This document shows, piece by piece, positions 9,973-19,876 of a stretch of DNA of 64,000 nucleotides. The translations under genes were made by a program, and so were the position numbers. The notes beneath the pieces were generated by a model, which did no database searches, was not told the origin of the DNA, and saw only the letters and a program-made list of their open reading frames with translations. The number at the start of each line of letters is the position of its first letter. Positions within the stretch are counted from its first letter, which is position 1. Source of the stretch: an uncultured delta proteobacterium (GTDB lineage Bacteria > Desulfobacterota > Binatia > UBA9968). The stretch spans positions 1 to 64,000 of the forward strand of contig CAWFJP010000012.1 in the NCBI GenBank assembly GCA_963816145.1. The letters are read 5' to 3'.

Positions 9973-10571
9973 TCCGGATAAATTTATTACCGGTCAAAGA
10001 ACTCGAAGCCGAAAGCGTTCGCCGGCGTGAGCTGACCATTGGTGGAGCGGTATTGGGCTTAGCGTTGTTGGTGACGGGCGGTATCTACTTTTTGCAATGG
10101 CGTGAACACAGCCGATTGGAAAACGAATTGACCGACTTGCGCAACGAAATTCAAGCCCTCAACGTCAAGGTCAGGGAGGTCGGCGATCTCCAAAATAAGA
10201 TCAAAGATCTCCGTGGTAAGAATAAGATCCTTGAGGATCTGAGCAAAAAGAGAGTGGGACCTGTACGGGTGCTGGAGAGCCTTTCCGTCGCGACCCCAAC
10301 CAGCCTTTGGTTGACCGAGCTCAGGGAAAATGGCGGTACCTTGGTTATTAACGGTTTGGCGCTGGATAATCAGACCATCGCCGAATTCATGCGCGCGCTG
10401 GCAAACTCAAAATACTTCAATAACGTCGACCTGGTTGAAGTCGTCCAGGAAAAAAGCGCCGCGCCTGCGCTTAAGAAATTTTCCATCAAGTCGGCGCTAC
10501 TATACCAACCGGCCGAACCCAAACCGGCTGTAACTAAGGGTAAAGCCGGCGCACCCGCGGCCAAAAAATGA
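9969..10571 (+). CDS. pilN: Type IV pilus assembly protein PilN
   Basis: MIRINLLP signature, TM helix, coiled coil; overlaps the pilM stop. Confidence 0.94.
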   Translation: MIRINLLPVKELEAESVRRRELTIGGAVLGLALLVTGGIYFLQWREHSRLENELTDLRNEIQALNVKVREVGDLQNKIKDLRGKNKILEDLSKKRVGPVRVLESLSVATPTSLWLTELRENGGTLVINGLALDNQTIAEFMRALANSKYFNNVDLVEVVQEKSAAPALKKFSIKSALLYQPAEPKPAVTKGKAGAPAAKK

Positions 10572-10583
10572 GGAGCGTTAGGA

Positions 10584-11210
10584 TTGAATCAGCTACTCGA
10601 TAAGATCCTCGAACTCCCCAAGTTCCAAAAGACCGCCATTTTGGTGGTTGTGATTATCCTTGCGGCGGCACTCTATTACAGTTTCTTGCATGTGCCGCTT
10701 GGCGATCAGATTGCCAAGCTTGCTGACAGTGTCGAGATTGCCAAGAACGAAAAGCTTGCTAAATCGCAGAAGGCCGCGAGTCTGTTGCGTCTGCGCCAAG
10801 ATTTGGCACGCCTCGATTTAGAGCTGAAGAAAGCGGTGGCGCAGTTGCCTGACCGCAAAGAAGTCGCCGATTTGTTGGGCAGCATATCCGCGAAAGCCCA
10901 GAATGCGGGACTCGATATCTTAACGTTTCGTCCACGGGCAGAAACCTTTAAGGAGTTTTACGCAGAAGTGCCGGTGGACATCACGGTCAAGGGTAACTAC
11001 CACGAGATGATCGATTTCTTCGATAATGTGGGACGACTGGACCGCCTGATCAATATCGACAACATCGGCTTCAAAAACCCCACGGTCAACGGCGAACGTG
11101 TGCTTGTCGAGACCACCACGGTGGCAACGGCTTATCGCTTCTTGAACGAGGCTGAACGGAAGAAAGTCGCCGAAGAAAAAGCCAAAGCGGCGGCGAAGGC
11201 AAAGAAGTAA
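10584..11210 (+). CDS. pilO: Type IV pilus assembly protein PilO
   Basis: TM plus coiled coil, QLPDRKEV, FYAEVPVDITVKGNYH. Confidence 0.93.
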   Translation: MNQLLDKILELPKFQKTAILVVVIILAAALYYSFLHVPLGDQIAKLADSVEIAKNEKLAKSQKAASLLRLRQDLARLDLELKKAVAQLPDRKEVADLLGSISAKAQNAGLDILTFRPRAETFKEFYAEVPVDITVKGNYHEMIDFFDNVGRLDRLINIDNIGFKNPTVNGERVLVETTTVATAYRFLNEAERKKVAEEKAKAAAKAKK

Positions 11211-11219
11211 ACGGGCAAT

Positions 11220-11846
11220 ATGGCTGCTAGCGCATTCAAATTGATAAAAAAAACTGGGCTTTGCGCGCTCCTGTTACTTTCGGTTGCAACGGGACTAAGC
11301 GCACAAGATTCCGGTCGCGCGGTATCGGCAAAAACTACGGATGCAGGCGACAAGGTTAGCGACGTGCCATCTGCTGTTGGCAAAAGCTTGCAGGGGTTGA
11401 AAAATTCGCCTGTATCGAGGTTTCGCAAACAAGAGGTTAAACCAGAGGAAACAACCGAGCGGGTGGATTTGAACATGCCGCTCAAGTCGGTGGAGCCCAA
11501 GATTGTGCCGCGCACCTTGAAGGACGACAGCCGCGATCCGTTTCGACCGGCAACCTTGCGGAAAAAAACGGTCGCACGGCCGCGGGAAAATCTGTCACCG
11601 CTCGAGCGATTTGAACTCAGTCAGTTAAAAATCGTCGGCATCGTGTGGGACATGAAAGAGCCCAGGGCGATGGTGGAAGACAGCACAGGGCTCGGCTACA
11701 CGATCAAAGTCGGCGCGCCGATCGGCGCCAATGACGGCGTGGTGAAAGCGATTCACCGTAATGAGATTATCGTCGAAGAATCGTATTACGATGTTTATGG
11801 CGCGCGAAAAAAACGCGAAGTCAGCATGAAGCTCTTAACGGAGTAG
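11220..11846 (+). CDS. pilP: Type IV pilus assembly protein PilP
   Basis: RDPFRP, PLERFELSQLKIVGIVW, AMVED, IG.NDGVV motifs. Confidence 0.92.
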   Translation: MAASAFKLIKKTGLCALLLLSVATGLSAQDSGRAVSAKTTDAGDKVSDVPSAVGKSLQGLKNSPVSRFRKQEVKPEETTERVDLNMPLKSVEPKIVPRTLKDDSRDPFRPATLRKKTVARPRENLSPLERFELSQLKIVGIVWDMKEPRAMVEDSTGLGYTIKVGAPIGANDGVVKAIHRNEIIVEESYYDVYGARKKREVSMKLLTE

Positions 11847-13834
11847 TGAGCATGGCTAAAATTTGGCACCGTTCCGTCGTTACGATCAACGCAGGCTGGC
11901 CAGCACTGCCGTTGTTGGGTTTGCTGTTGATTGTTTTGAGTCTGGGCTTGTCCGGCTGTGCCGCGCAAAACGAACCCCAGGTAAAGCCCCAGCCTGCAGC
12001 GCAACAACCGGGGCGGTCGGCAGTAACTCCAACGCCGGAGGTTGCCGTTGCTCCAGCGCAGAAAATTCAGGATTTAACCGTACGCGAAGAGCGCGGCCAA
12101 ACCATTTTACTCCTTAAATTTTCTCAGCCACTGAGCAACTACCGTCATTTTCCCCTGCCCAACCCGGCGCGTATCGTGTTGGATATTTTTGGCGACGCTA
12201 AACAACCGGGCCTAAGCGAAACCTATCGCATCGATACCAGCGCGGTGGCGACCCTGCGGGTGAATCAACTTGAAGGCGGACTGCGCTTAACCACCGATAT
12301 CGCGGCTGCGACGGTGCCGGCCTACTCGATTACTCAAGATAGCGGGGGTTTGCGCGTTGTCATAGGCGCAGAGAATCCAAGCGCCGGCGCCAAAAAAGAT
12401 GTGACTGTGGTCAGCGGCGGAGTTCGCGCCGATATCCGCAGCCAAGATTCCGCCAAAGCGCAGGGCAAAGCCTCTGGTTCTGACAAGGGATTTGGCGACA
12501 AAAAGGTGTACACCGGGCAGAAGATTTCCCTTGAATTCAAAGACGCCGACATCAAGAACGTCTTCCGGCTCCTGGGTGAAGTCAGCGGCAAGAACATCTT
12601 GGTTACCGACGACGTCAACCGCAAGGTTACGGTACGGCTAATCGAAGTGCCCTGGGACCAGGCCATGGATCTGATCATCGACACCAATGGTCTGGGCAAA
12701 GATGAAAACGGCAATATCATTCGCATCTCCACTGCCGGCCGGCTCAAGGCCGAACGAGATGCGCTCGCGGCCGCAAAGAGATCCGAGGAGAATCTCGAAG
12801 ATCTCCAGACGGCTTACCTGACGGTGAATTATGCTAAGGTGATGAAAGGCGCTGGCGATACCAATACAGATAAGGATCTCGTCGAAAAAGCGAAAGCCCT
12901 GCTTTCCCCAAGAGGAAAGATCGAGGCGGACCAGCGGACCAATACTTTGATCGTCCGGGATATCAAGTCCGGTATCGAAGACGTGCAAAAATTGATTGCA
13001 AGACTCGACACGCGCACGCCGCAGGTTTTGATCGAATCGAATCTAGTTGAAACGACACCCACATTTTCGAGATCGCTCGGTATTGAAATGGAAGGCGTAT
13101 TTAATAATGGCCGGGTTCGCGCGAGTGATCGATTTATGGCAAGTCCGCCATTCGATGGTAGTCCCCAGCCACCGCCAGGTCTCAATCAACTAATTATTCC
13201 AACGAATGGCTTTAAATGGGGCTATTTTGGCAATAATATTACGAGTGTATTGTCGGCTGCCGAAGCGGATGGCAACGTTAAAATCATTTCGCGCCCATCG
13301 GTAGTCACATTGAATAATGTCGAGTCCACGATCGAAAGCGCCAACATCGTCAGAATAAAAACAGGGGCAGCGACCGTGGGAGAAGCTGGAAGTATCCGCG
13401 AGCTCCGAGCAGGAATCATACTTAGGGTGACCCCTCAGGTGTCGGCGGATGGGTTTGTTTTTCTCAATATAAATGCCAAGTCGAGCACGCTAGATTACGG
13501 CAGGTTAACCGATGGAATCCCTCAAGAAAACTCGCGAGAGGCAAGAGCGAACGTGCTTGTTAGAGATGGTGAGACCGTGGTTATCGGCGGCATACTCAAA
13601 GATACCAGCGCAAATTCCGAAAATGGCGTGCCATTTTTGAAGGATGTTCCGGTGCTCGGCTGGTTGTTCAAGAAGTCCTCCTGGCAGAAGGACCTTGAGG
13701 AACTGGTTGTTTTCATAACCCCGCGAATCATCACTTCGGGTTTTGAAAACTTGCCAACCGCCGAACAAATTTGGCGCGATCAAATGAAACAAACGGACGG
13801 CGCTGTCGCACCGGTGACATCCCTAAACCCCTAG
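11846..13834 (+). CDS. pilQ: Type IV pilus secretin PilQ (AMIN plus secretin domains, lipobox LSGC)
   Basis: PARIVLDI (AMIN), YTGQKISLEFKDADI, VPWDQAMD, PQVLIE, DGETVVIGG, VPVLGWLFK, VFITPRI. Confidence 0.95.
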   Translation: MSMAKIWHRSVVTINAGWPALPLLGLLLIVLSLGLSGCAAQNEPQVKPQPAAQQPGRSAVTPTPEVAVAPAQKIQDLTVREERGQTILLLKFSQPLSNYRHFPLPNPARIVLDIFGDAKQPGLSETYRIDTSAVATLRVNQLEGGLRLTTDIAAATVPAYSITQDSGGLRVVIGAENPSAGAKKDVTVVSGGVRADIRSQDSAKAQGKASGSDKGFGDKKVYTGQKISLEFKDADIKNVFRLLGEVSGKNILVTDDVNRKVTVRLIEVPWDQAMDLIIDTNGLGKDENGNIIRISTAGRLKAERDALAAAKRSEENLEDLQTAYLTVNYAKVMKGAGDTNTDKDLVEKAKALLSPRGKIEADQRTNTLIVRDIKSGIEDVQKLIARLDTRTPQVLIESNLVETTPTFSRSLGIEMEGVFNNGRVRASDRFMASPPFDGSPQPPPGLNQLIIPTNGFKWGYFGNNITSVLSAAEADGNVKIISRPSVVTLNNVESTIESANIVRIKTGAATVGEAGSIRELRAGIILRVTPQVSADGFVFLNINAKSSTLDYGRLTDGIPQENSREARANVLVRDGETVVIGGILKDTSANSENGVPFLKDVPVLGWLFKKSSWQKDLEELVVFITPRIITSGFENLPTAEQIWRDQMKQTDGAVAPVTSLNP

Positions 13835-13866
13835 CCTCTGTCAAAAGATTCAGCTAGGATGCCCCC

Positions 13867-13917
13867 ATGTTGCGCTATTTCACGGCGGGGGAATCGCATT
13901 GGAACTGCGTAATGTGA
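13867..13917 (+). pseudogene. 16-codon mini-ORF: diverged copy of the aroC 5' end (MLRYFTAGESHWNCVM*)
   Basis: 10 of the first 11 residues are identical to AroC (MLRYVTAGESH), with mostly third-position nucleotide differences. Confidence 0.8.
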
Positions 13918-13934
13918 TAATGTAGAATATCAGA

Positions 13935-15131
13935 ATGTTGCGTTACGTCACCGCGGGTGAGTCTCACGGCCCCTGTTTAACCATGATCATCGACGGGGTG
14001 CCGGCTGGTTTCCCTGTCCAAATTTCCCAAATCAATCACGATCTTTGGCGCCGCCAGCAGGGCTATGGCCGGGGCGGCCGAATGCTTATCGAAAAAGACG
14101 AGGCGGAGATCCGTTCGGGCATCCGCTGGGGCGAGACCATGGGGTCGCCGATCGCTCTTGGCATCGAGAACCGCGATTGGAAAAATTGGACAAAGAAAAT
14201 GTCTGCCAACCCCGAGGATCGCGATGATAAGATCGCGGTGACCAAGCCTCGGCCAGGGCATGCTGATTTGAATGGGGTGCTCAAATACGACCGCGCCGAT
14301 ATTCGCGATATTCTCGAACGGGCCAGCGCGCGTGAAACCGTCGCCCGTACCGCGGTCGGCTCGTTCGCCAAGCAATTGCTTGCACCATTCGGCATCCGCG
14401 TCATGGGCTATATTCGTTCCCTTGGCGGGATCACCGCCAATCTAGACCGCCTCGCGTACAGTGAAATCTACGAGCGCTCCGAAGAGTCGCCAGTGCGTAC
14501 CGCCGACCACGACGCCGAAGAAAAAATGATCGCACTCATCGAGGAAAGCAAAAAAGAAGGTAACACTCTGGGCGGTGTCTTTGAGGTCGTCACCCTTGGC
14601 TTGCCGCCCGGGCTCGGCAGTCACACGCAATGGGATCGCAAGCTCGACGGCCGTCTCGCGCAAGCACTGATGAGCATACAAGCGATGAAAGGCGTCGAGA
14701 TCGGTCTCGGTTTCGAAATGGCGCGCCGGCGCGGCTCCCAGGTCCATGACGAAATTTTTTTCGATCCCGCGAAAATGGTCACCGAAGGGACGCCACGAAT
14801 CGTGCCCACCGGTTTTTATCGCGGCAGCAACAACTCGGGTGGCACGGAAGGCGGTATGACCAACGGATCACCGTTGGTAGTGCGCGTGGCTATGAAGCCG
14901 ATATCAACCTTGATGAGCCCGCTGCGGTCCGTCGATACGCGTTCGAAGCAACCCACAGATGCTTCGGTGGAGCGCTCCGATGTGTGTGCGGCACCGGCCG
15001 CAGCCGTCGTGGGCGAGAGTGTGGTCGCTTTCGAACTCGCCAACGCATTTCTGGAAAAGTTCGGCGGTGATTCGTTGCGTGAGATCAAACGCAACTACGA
15101 AAGCTATCTCGAACAGATAAAAAATTACTGA
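13935..15131 (+). CDS. aroC: Chorismate synthase
   Basis: TAGESHG, RRQQGYGRGGRM, PRPGHADL, ERASARET, GG.EGGMTNG, MKPISTL, ERSDVCA. Confidence 0.98.
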   Translation: MLRYVTAGESHGPCLTMIIDGVPAGFPVQISQINHDLWRRQQGYGRGGRMLIEKDEAEIRSGIRWGETMGSPIALGIENRDWKNWTKKMSANPEDRDDKIAVTKPRPGHADLNGVLKYDRADIRDILERASARETVARTAVGSFAKQLLAPFGIRVMGYIRSLGGITANLDRLAYSEIYERSEESPVRTADHDAEEKMIALIEESKKEGNTLGGVFEVVTLGLPPGLGSHTQWDRKLDGRLAQALMSIQAMKGVEIGLGFEMARRRGSQVHDEIFFDPAKMVTEGTPRIVPTGFYRGSNNSGGTEGGMTNGSPLVVRVAMKPISTLMSPLRSVDTRSKQPTDASVERSDVCAAPAAAVVGESVVAFELANAFLEKFGGDSLREIKRNYESYLEQIKNY

Positions 15132-15135
15132 AGTT

Positions 15136-15654
15136 TTGCCGGATCTGCACAACATTGCGTTGATCGGTTTCATGGCTGTCGGCAAGAGCGCTGTGGGGCG
15201 TAATCTAGCCAAACGGCTGGGCCGGGGTTTTGTCGACCTTGACCGCATGATCGAAAAGCGCGCCGGGCTCAAGGTTCGGGACATCTTCGAGTTAAAAGGT
15301 GAGCCCTACTTTCGTGAGCTGGAAAAACAGACCCTCGCGGAATTGTTACAACAGGGGGATCATGTGATCGCCACCGGCGGCGGTGTGGTGATGGACGAAG
15401 AGAATCTTCGCTTATTACGAGAGAAAACCCTGCTCGTCTGTCTGACCGCTTCGACGGATACGATATTGGCACGGGTCGGCAACGGCAACAAGAGACCGCT
15501 GCTCAAAGGATCCCATCAGCGCGAGCGCGTCGAAGATCTACTAAAACTAAGGGCAGACAAATATGCCCAAGCCCATGTCACGGTTGATACCAGCGAACTG
15601 ACGCTTGAACAGGTGGTCAATCGGATCGTCGCAGCGATGGACAGCTATCAATAG
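15136..15654 (+). CDS. aroK: Shikimate kinase
   Basis: IGFMAVGKS P-loop, GEPYFRELE, IATGGG, RPLL. Confidence 0.96.
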   Translation: MPDLHNIALIGFMAVGKSAVGRNLAKRLGRGFVDLDRMIEKRAGLKVRDIFELKGEPYFRELEKQTLAELLQQGDHVIATGGGVVMDEENLRLLREKTLLVCLTASTDTILARVGNGNKRPLLKGSHQRERVEDLLKLRADKYAQAHVTVDTSELTLEQVVNRIVAAMDSYQ

Positions 15655-15658
15655 GCCG

Positions 15659-16735
15659 ATGCAAACCTTAAACGTTAATCTTGGCGAGCGGTCCTACCCG
15701 ATCCATATCGGCGCCGGTAATTTGGCGCGTATCGGCGAGTTTCTCGAACAAGCCGGCTTGCGCGGCAAGATTGCGGTGGTGACTAATCCCACCGTTGCGC
15801 AGCTCTACCTCGATCCCGTCGGCAACGCGCTCAAGCTGGCGGGATTTGACGTGACGCCAGTTTTGATTCCCGACGGTGAAGAATTCAAAACCGTCAAATC
15901 GCTGCAAGCGATCTACGACCGTCTGATTGCCGAGCGATTCGAGCGCAAATCCTGCGTCCTTGCGCTAGGCGGCGGTGTCGTCGGCGACATGGCGGGTTTT
16001 GCTGCGGCGACGTATTTGCGCGGGGTCCCCTATGTGCAGGTGCCGACGACCTTGTTGGCCCAGGTCGATTCCAGCGTCGGCGGCAAAACCGGCGTCAATC
16101 ACGCCGACGGCAAAAACCTCATCGGCGCCTTTTATCAACCGAAACTGGTGTTGATCGATGTGTCCGTATTGCGCACGCTGCCGCGCCGAGAGCTGATCGC
16201 CGGCCTGGCCGAAGTGATTAAGTACGGCGTCATTGAAGACGCTAATTTGTTCACCCTGCTAGAGCAAAAAATCGCTTCTCTCACGCAGCTTAACGAAGAT
16301 TTGCTCATCGAAACGATCGCGACTTCTTGTGCCATCAAGGCGCGGGTCGTCGAAGCCGACGAGCGCGAAGATGACTATCGCGCCGTGCTTAACTTCGGTC
16401 ACACCATCGGCCACGCCTTGGAAGCTGTCACAGGCTACACCCAGTTTCTTCATGGCGAGGCCATCGGGGTCGGCATGGCGAAGGCGGCGGCGCTATCGGC
16501 TCGCCAAGGTTTTTGCGACGCCGAGAGCTTGCAGCGTATCGAGCAGCTGATTGAGAGAGCCGGATTGCCAAGCAAAATTCCCGGTAACGTTTCTTTGCTC
16601 GGTTTGATTCAAGCAATGGAAGTTGACAAAAAGGCCGCCGGCGGCAAAATAAAATTCGTCATGTGCGAGGGTATCGGCAAAACCCGCTTTCACTGGTTGG
16701 CGCCGAGCGAGATACTAAACGGACTCGGCGCCTAG
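15659..16735 (+). CDS. aroB: 3-dehydroquinate synthase
   Basis: ALGGGVVGDMAGF, PTTLLAQVDSSVGGKTGVN, LNFGHTIGHALE, HGEA. Start at ATG 15659. Confidence 0.97.
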   Translation: MQTLNVNLGERSYPIHIGAGNLARIGEFLEQAGLRGKIAVVTNPTVAQLYLDPVGNALKLAGFDVTPVLIPDGEEFKTVKSLQAIYDRLIAERFERKSCVLALGGGVVGDMAGFAAATYLRGVPYVQVPTTLLAQVDSSVGGKTGVNHADGKNLIGAFYQPKLVLIDVSVLRTLPRRELIAGLAEVIKYGVIEDANLFTLLEQKIASLTQLNEDLLIETIATSCAIKARVVEADEREDDYRAVLNFGHTIGHALEAVTGYTQFLHGEAIGVGMAKAAALSARQGFCDAESLQRIEQLIERAGLPSKIPGNVSLLGLIQAMEVDKKAAGGKIKFVMCEGIGKTRFHWLAPSEILNGLGA

Positions 16736-16779
16736 TCGCAGTCTGAACGAGGGCGCTAGAACGACACGAGGAATCGGCA

Positions 16780-17220
16780 ATGGCGCATAAAAAGAAAATT
16801 CTAATCTTGAACGGACCTAATTTAAATCTCCTGGGCACTCGCCAACCCGAGATCTACGGCAAATTAACGCTGGCGCAAATTGCCAAGCAAGTACGCGCTC
16901 TAGCTAAGGAGCTAGCCGTTGAAATCGATTTTCGCCAATCCAATAACGAAGGTGAACTCGTGACCTGGATTCAGCAAGCCGCGGGAAAGTTCAGTGCCAT
17001 TGTCATCAACCCGGCGGCCTATACGCACACAAGTTTAGCCATGCGCGATGCGATCTCCGCGGTGGGTTTACCGGTGGTCGAGATTCATCTGTCCAATATT
17101 CACAAACGCGAGCAGTTTCGCCATCATTCCTATATCGCCGAAGTTGCCGTGGGCCAGATCGCTGGATTCGGATTGGACAGTTATCTATTGGGATTGCGGG
17201 CGGCGGTGGTGCGGATTTAG
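16780..17220 (+). CDS. aroQ: Type II 3-dehydroquinate dehydratase
   Basis: [41 protein letters not shown]. Confidence 0.97.
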   Translation: MAHKKKILILNGPNLNLLGTRQPEIYGKLTLAQIAKQVRALAKELAVEIDFRQSNNEGELVTWIQQAAGKFSAIVINPAAYTHTSLAMRDAISAVGLPVVEIHLSNIHKREQFRHHSYIAEVAVGQIAGFGLDSYLLGLRAAVVRI

Positions 17221-17232
17221 GCTCCGACGCGG

Positions 17233-18009
17233 CTATTCCAATAGCTTGCCGCTAAGGAAATTCTTCTTATTCATCTCCTCGATGAGTTTATCTTTTTCTC
17301 TCTCTAACTCTAGGGTTTGGCTGCGCATCTCGCTAAGCTCTTTTTGCCGCGGTGTATATTGCGGCAGGGCGGTGCCGAATCGCGGCGTAGCCTCTGGGGG
17401 AGGTTGAGTGTAGACGGTTGATGGTGCGAGAGTAGTGAAGGGCGAAGGCGTCAAGAGTCTCGTGCCGGCAGGATCGCTGGGTCTGTATTGGGCGTCGAGG
17501 GCACGCGAAATGATATCATCCTGGCGCGCTTTCATCTGCTCTTCGGTGGTTAGAAGAGTCGGGTCCAAACTGGTTGTGCCGCGGATCGTCTGTGAATAAT
17601 TATCCCTTGCTGCTTTCAGCCGCTCGTTGACGTCGAGTAATTTTTGTTCATACTCCTTCTCCTCCTTCGCCCTCTCTTCATCCGGGGTGAGGGCCGGTTC
17701 CGGTCTCTCGTCACTTGAAGAGCGAATTGAAGTTGGCTCAGGGATTTGCCCGGGCGCTGGCGGTGTACTCGGTAAAGCTAATCCACCGGAAGCCGACTCG
17801 GAAGATCTGCGAATTGCCTTGACCTGATCTTTACTGATGCCGATCTCGCCACCATAGCTCTGAAATTTGATCATTCCTGTTTCTTCACGATAACTCTGCA
17901 CGGTAATTTGCCGACCGTTATTTAGGATCAAAACATATTGTGCCTCGGCCAGGTCAATCCAACCGAGCGAGATGAATAGAGCCCATGTCGGCAACGTCTT
18001 CATAATCAT
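17233..18009 (-). CDS. Exported hypothetical protein (small N-terminal beta domain, Pro-rich linker, coiled coils)
   Basis: Signal peptide ending AEA; 258-aa ORF; divergent from the VWA gene. Confidence 0.75.
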   Translation of the reverse strand: MIMKTLPTWALFISLGWIDLAEAQYVLILNNGRQITVQSYREETGMIKFQSYGGEIGISKDQVKAIRRSSESASGGLALPSTPPAPGQIPEPTSIRSSSDERPEPALTPDEERAKEEKEYEQKLLDVNERLKAARDNYSQTIRGTTSLDPTLLTTEEQMKARQDDIISRALDAQYRPSDPAGTRLLTPSPFTTLAPSTVYTQPPPEATPRFGTALPQYTPRQKELSEMRSQTLELEREKDKLIEEMNKKNFLSGKLLE

Positions 18010-18124
18010 AAAAGAAATTATATCATGGGACCTGTGTCAGTTGAACTGTTTAGGTGGGGTTCTCGGATAACGTTTACAGGGTAGTTAGTTCATGATAACG
18101 TCTCGGTCCCTGGGAGAGAGTGGT

Positions 18125-19411
18125 ATGAGCGAAAATCAGACCAGAATGGTAATTTTATGCCTTTCTTTCTTCCTCGTTATCACGGTGAACTTGGGCTGGT
18201 CCGCTGAACCGAAGATCCAAATTCTCTCGCCCAAAGACGGTGCGCAAATCGCCGAAGACCAAAAAACGATTCTCATTAGCGGCAAAGTGGCCAGTGATAA
18301 CGTCCGCTCGGCCAATGTCGACATTTTTCTAGTTCTTGATACCTCCGGCAGTACGGTCCTTTCCGCCGGCGCCGAGTTTGCCAACCAAGGGGAATTACCA
18401 GATAAATACGTCCTTGGCGGCGCGCCGACTGTGCAACCACAGTTTTCGATTTCGCGCCGTGGAATAGGAATGGGGTCGCCCGGCTACGAGTCGTCGCGGC
18501 TGAATCTACGTCATTCGATTCTTGGCGCTGAGGTCGTGGCTTCGCGCCGTCTGCTGACCCAGTTGAATCCGCAATCTACCCGGGTCGGAATCATTACCTT
18601 TGCCAAGGACGCACGCTTGGTTCAGCCGCTAACCAACGATTTCGAACAAGTGCGGCGAGTACTCGACGAAGTCTATTGGGCCGGACCGAACGGTGGCACC
18701 AACATGGTGGAGGGCATTCGGCTTGGCATCAGCGAACTCTTAGGAATTGGCCAGAGCGCCAAACGACAGGACGCGATTAAGGTACAGTTTTTCCTTACCG
18801 ACGGCCTGCCGTCATTGCCAACTGGCGACGGTAGGGGCGTGGCCGAAACCGATATCCAACTCACGGTCAACGCCGCCCGCTTGGCGGGCCGCGCCGGCAT
18901 CAAGATCCACGTCTTTGGCCTCGGCGAAGAAGTCGTCAACTTCCCTTGGGCGGTTCAAGGGATCGCCAAGGAAAGCGGCGGCACCTACACGCCGCTCGCG
19001 CGGCCTGCCGATGTCTTGGCGATTATGGATCAAATTTCCGTCGTCGGGGTCGATTACGTTCAGATCGTTAACCAGACGTCTGGACAGAAGGCGGCAAACT
19101 TGCGTCTCGCTGCCGACGGTTTTTTCGCCGCGGCATTGCCGGTGGTCGAGGGCAAAAATCAGATCGATGTCCTGGCGCGTGCCAGCGACGGGTCAAACAG
19201 CCGCGCTTCAATCTCCGTCTTCTACCAATCGGGAACCCAAAAGTCGTTGGAGCTTGAAATTTTTCTCGAAAGAGAGAAGAAGCTAAAGTTGGAAGTTGAT
19301 AGATTGGGCAAGTCTCCCGAAGAGATTCAGCGGGACGCTGAGCGCCAGCGGCAGGAAAGCTTGCGCCGGCCCCAACAGTTACCCCCTCCCAGTGAAGGTC
19401 CACCGCGCTAA
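18125..19411 (+). CDS. Exported von Willebrand factor A (VWA) domain protein, VWA inserted in an Ig-like fold
   Basis: Signal peptide; MIDAS LDTSGS...GGTN...FLTDG; Ig-like strands IQILSPKDGA...ISGKV before and VEGKNQIDVLA after. ATG 18125 has an SD-like gggagag; the ORF is open from 18092. Confidence 0.88.
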   Translation: MSENQTRMVILCLSFFLVITVNLGWSAEPKIQILSPKDGAQIAEDQKTILISGKVASDNVRSANVDIFLVLDTSGSTVLSAGAEFANQGELPDKYVLGGAPTVQPQFSISRRGIGMGSPGYESSRLNLRHSILGAEVVASRRLLTQLNPQSTRVGIITFAKDARLVQPLTNDFEQVRRVLDEVYWAGPNGGTNMVEGIRLGISELLGIGQSAKRQDAIKVQFFLTDGLPSLPTGDGRGVAETDIQLTVNAARLAGRAGIKIHVFGLGEEVVNFPWAVQGIAKESGGTYTPLARPADVLAIMDQISVVGVDYVQIVNQTSGQKAANLRLAADGFFAAALPVVEGKNQIDVLARASDGSNSRASISVFYQSGTQKSLELEIFLEREKKLKLEVDRLGKSPEEIQRDAERQRQESLRRPQQLPPPSEGPPR

Positions 19412-19441
19412 TTCAGAGCGAAAAATTCCGGGATACGATTT

Positions 19442-19867
19442 TCAGCGCGTCTTGCGCTCGGCTTCGGCGGCGATGGCGATTTCGGTGGCGCCGGCGCGCT
19501 TGATGATCGACATCACTTTGACGGTCTCACCAAGCAGGACATCTTTATCGCCGCGGAGAATGACGGTCTTGTTGGCGTTATTGTTGAGAACTTCTTGAAG
19601 CGCTTTTTCCAAGCTTTCTTCGGTGACTTTCCTTTGATTGACAAAGATCTCACCCTTTGGCGACAAAGTGACGGTTGTCCCACGACTCTCGGTTTGGGTC
19701 GCCACCGCCTTGGGCAAATTCACTTTGCCACCGGACTCGATCATTGCTGAGCTAGTGATCATAAAAATAATCAATAAAACCAGAAAGATATCGGTAAGCG
19801 GGGTAATATTGATCTCGGCAACGATATCGCTGTTGTCATCGCCGCCGCCGAGAGGTGTCATAGCCAT
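19442..19867 (-). CDS. exbD: ExbD/TolR family motor subunit
   Basis: EINITPLTDIFLVLLIIFMI with the conserved TM Asp; ILRGDK. Confidence 0.93.
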   Translation of the reverse strand: MAMTPLGGGDDNSDIVAEINITPLTDIFLVLLIIFMITSSAMIESGGKVNLPKAVATQTESRGTTVTLSPKGEIFVNQRKVTEESLEKALQEVLNNNANKTVILRGDKDVLLGETVKVMSIIKRAGATEIAIAAEAERKTR

Positions 19868-19876
19868 GGCAATACC

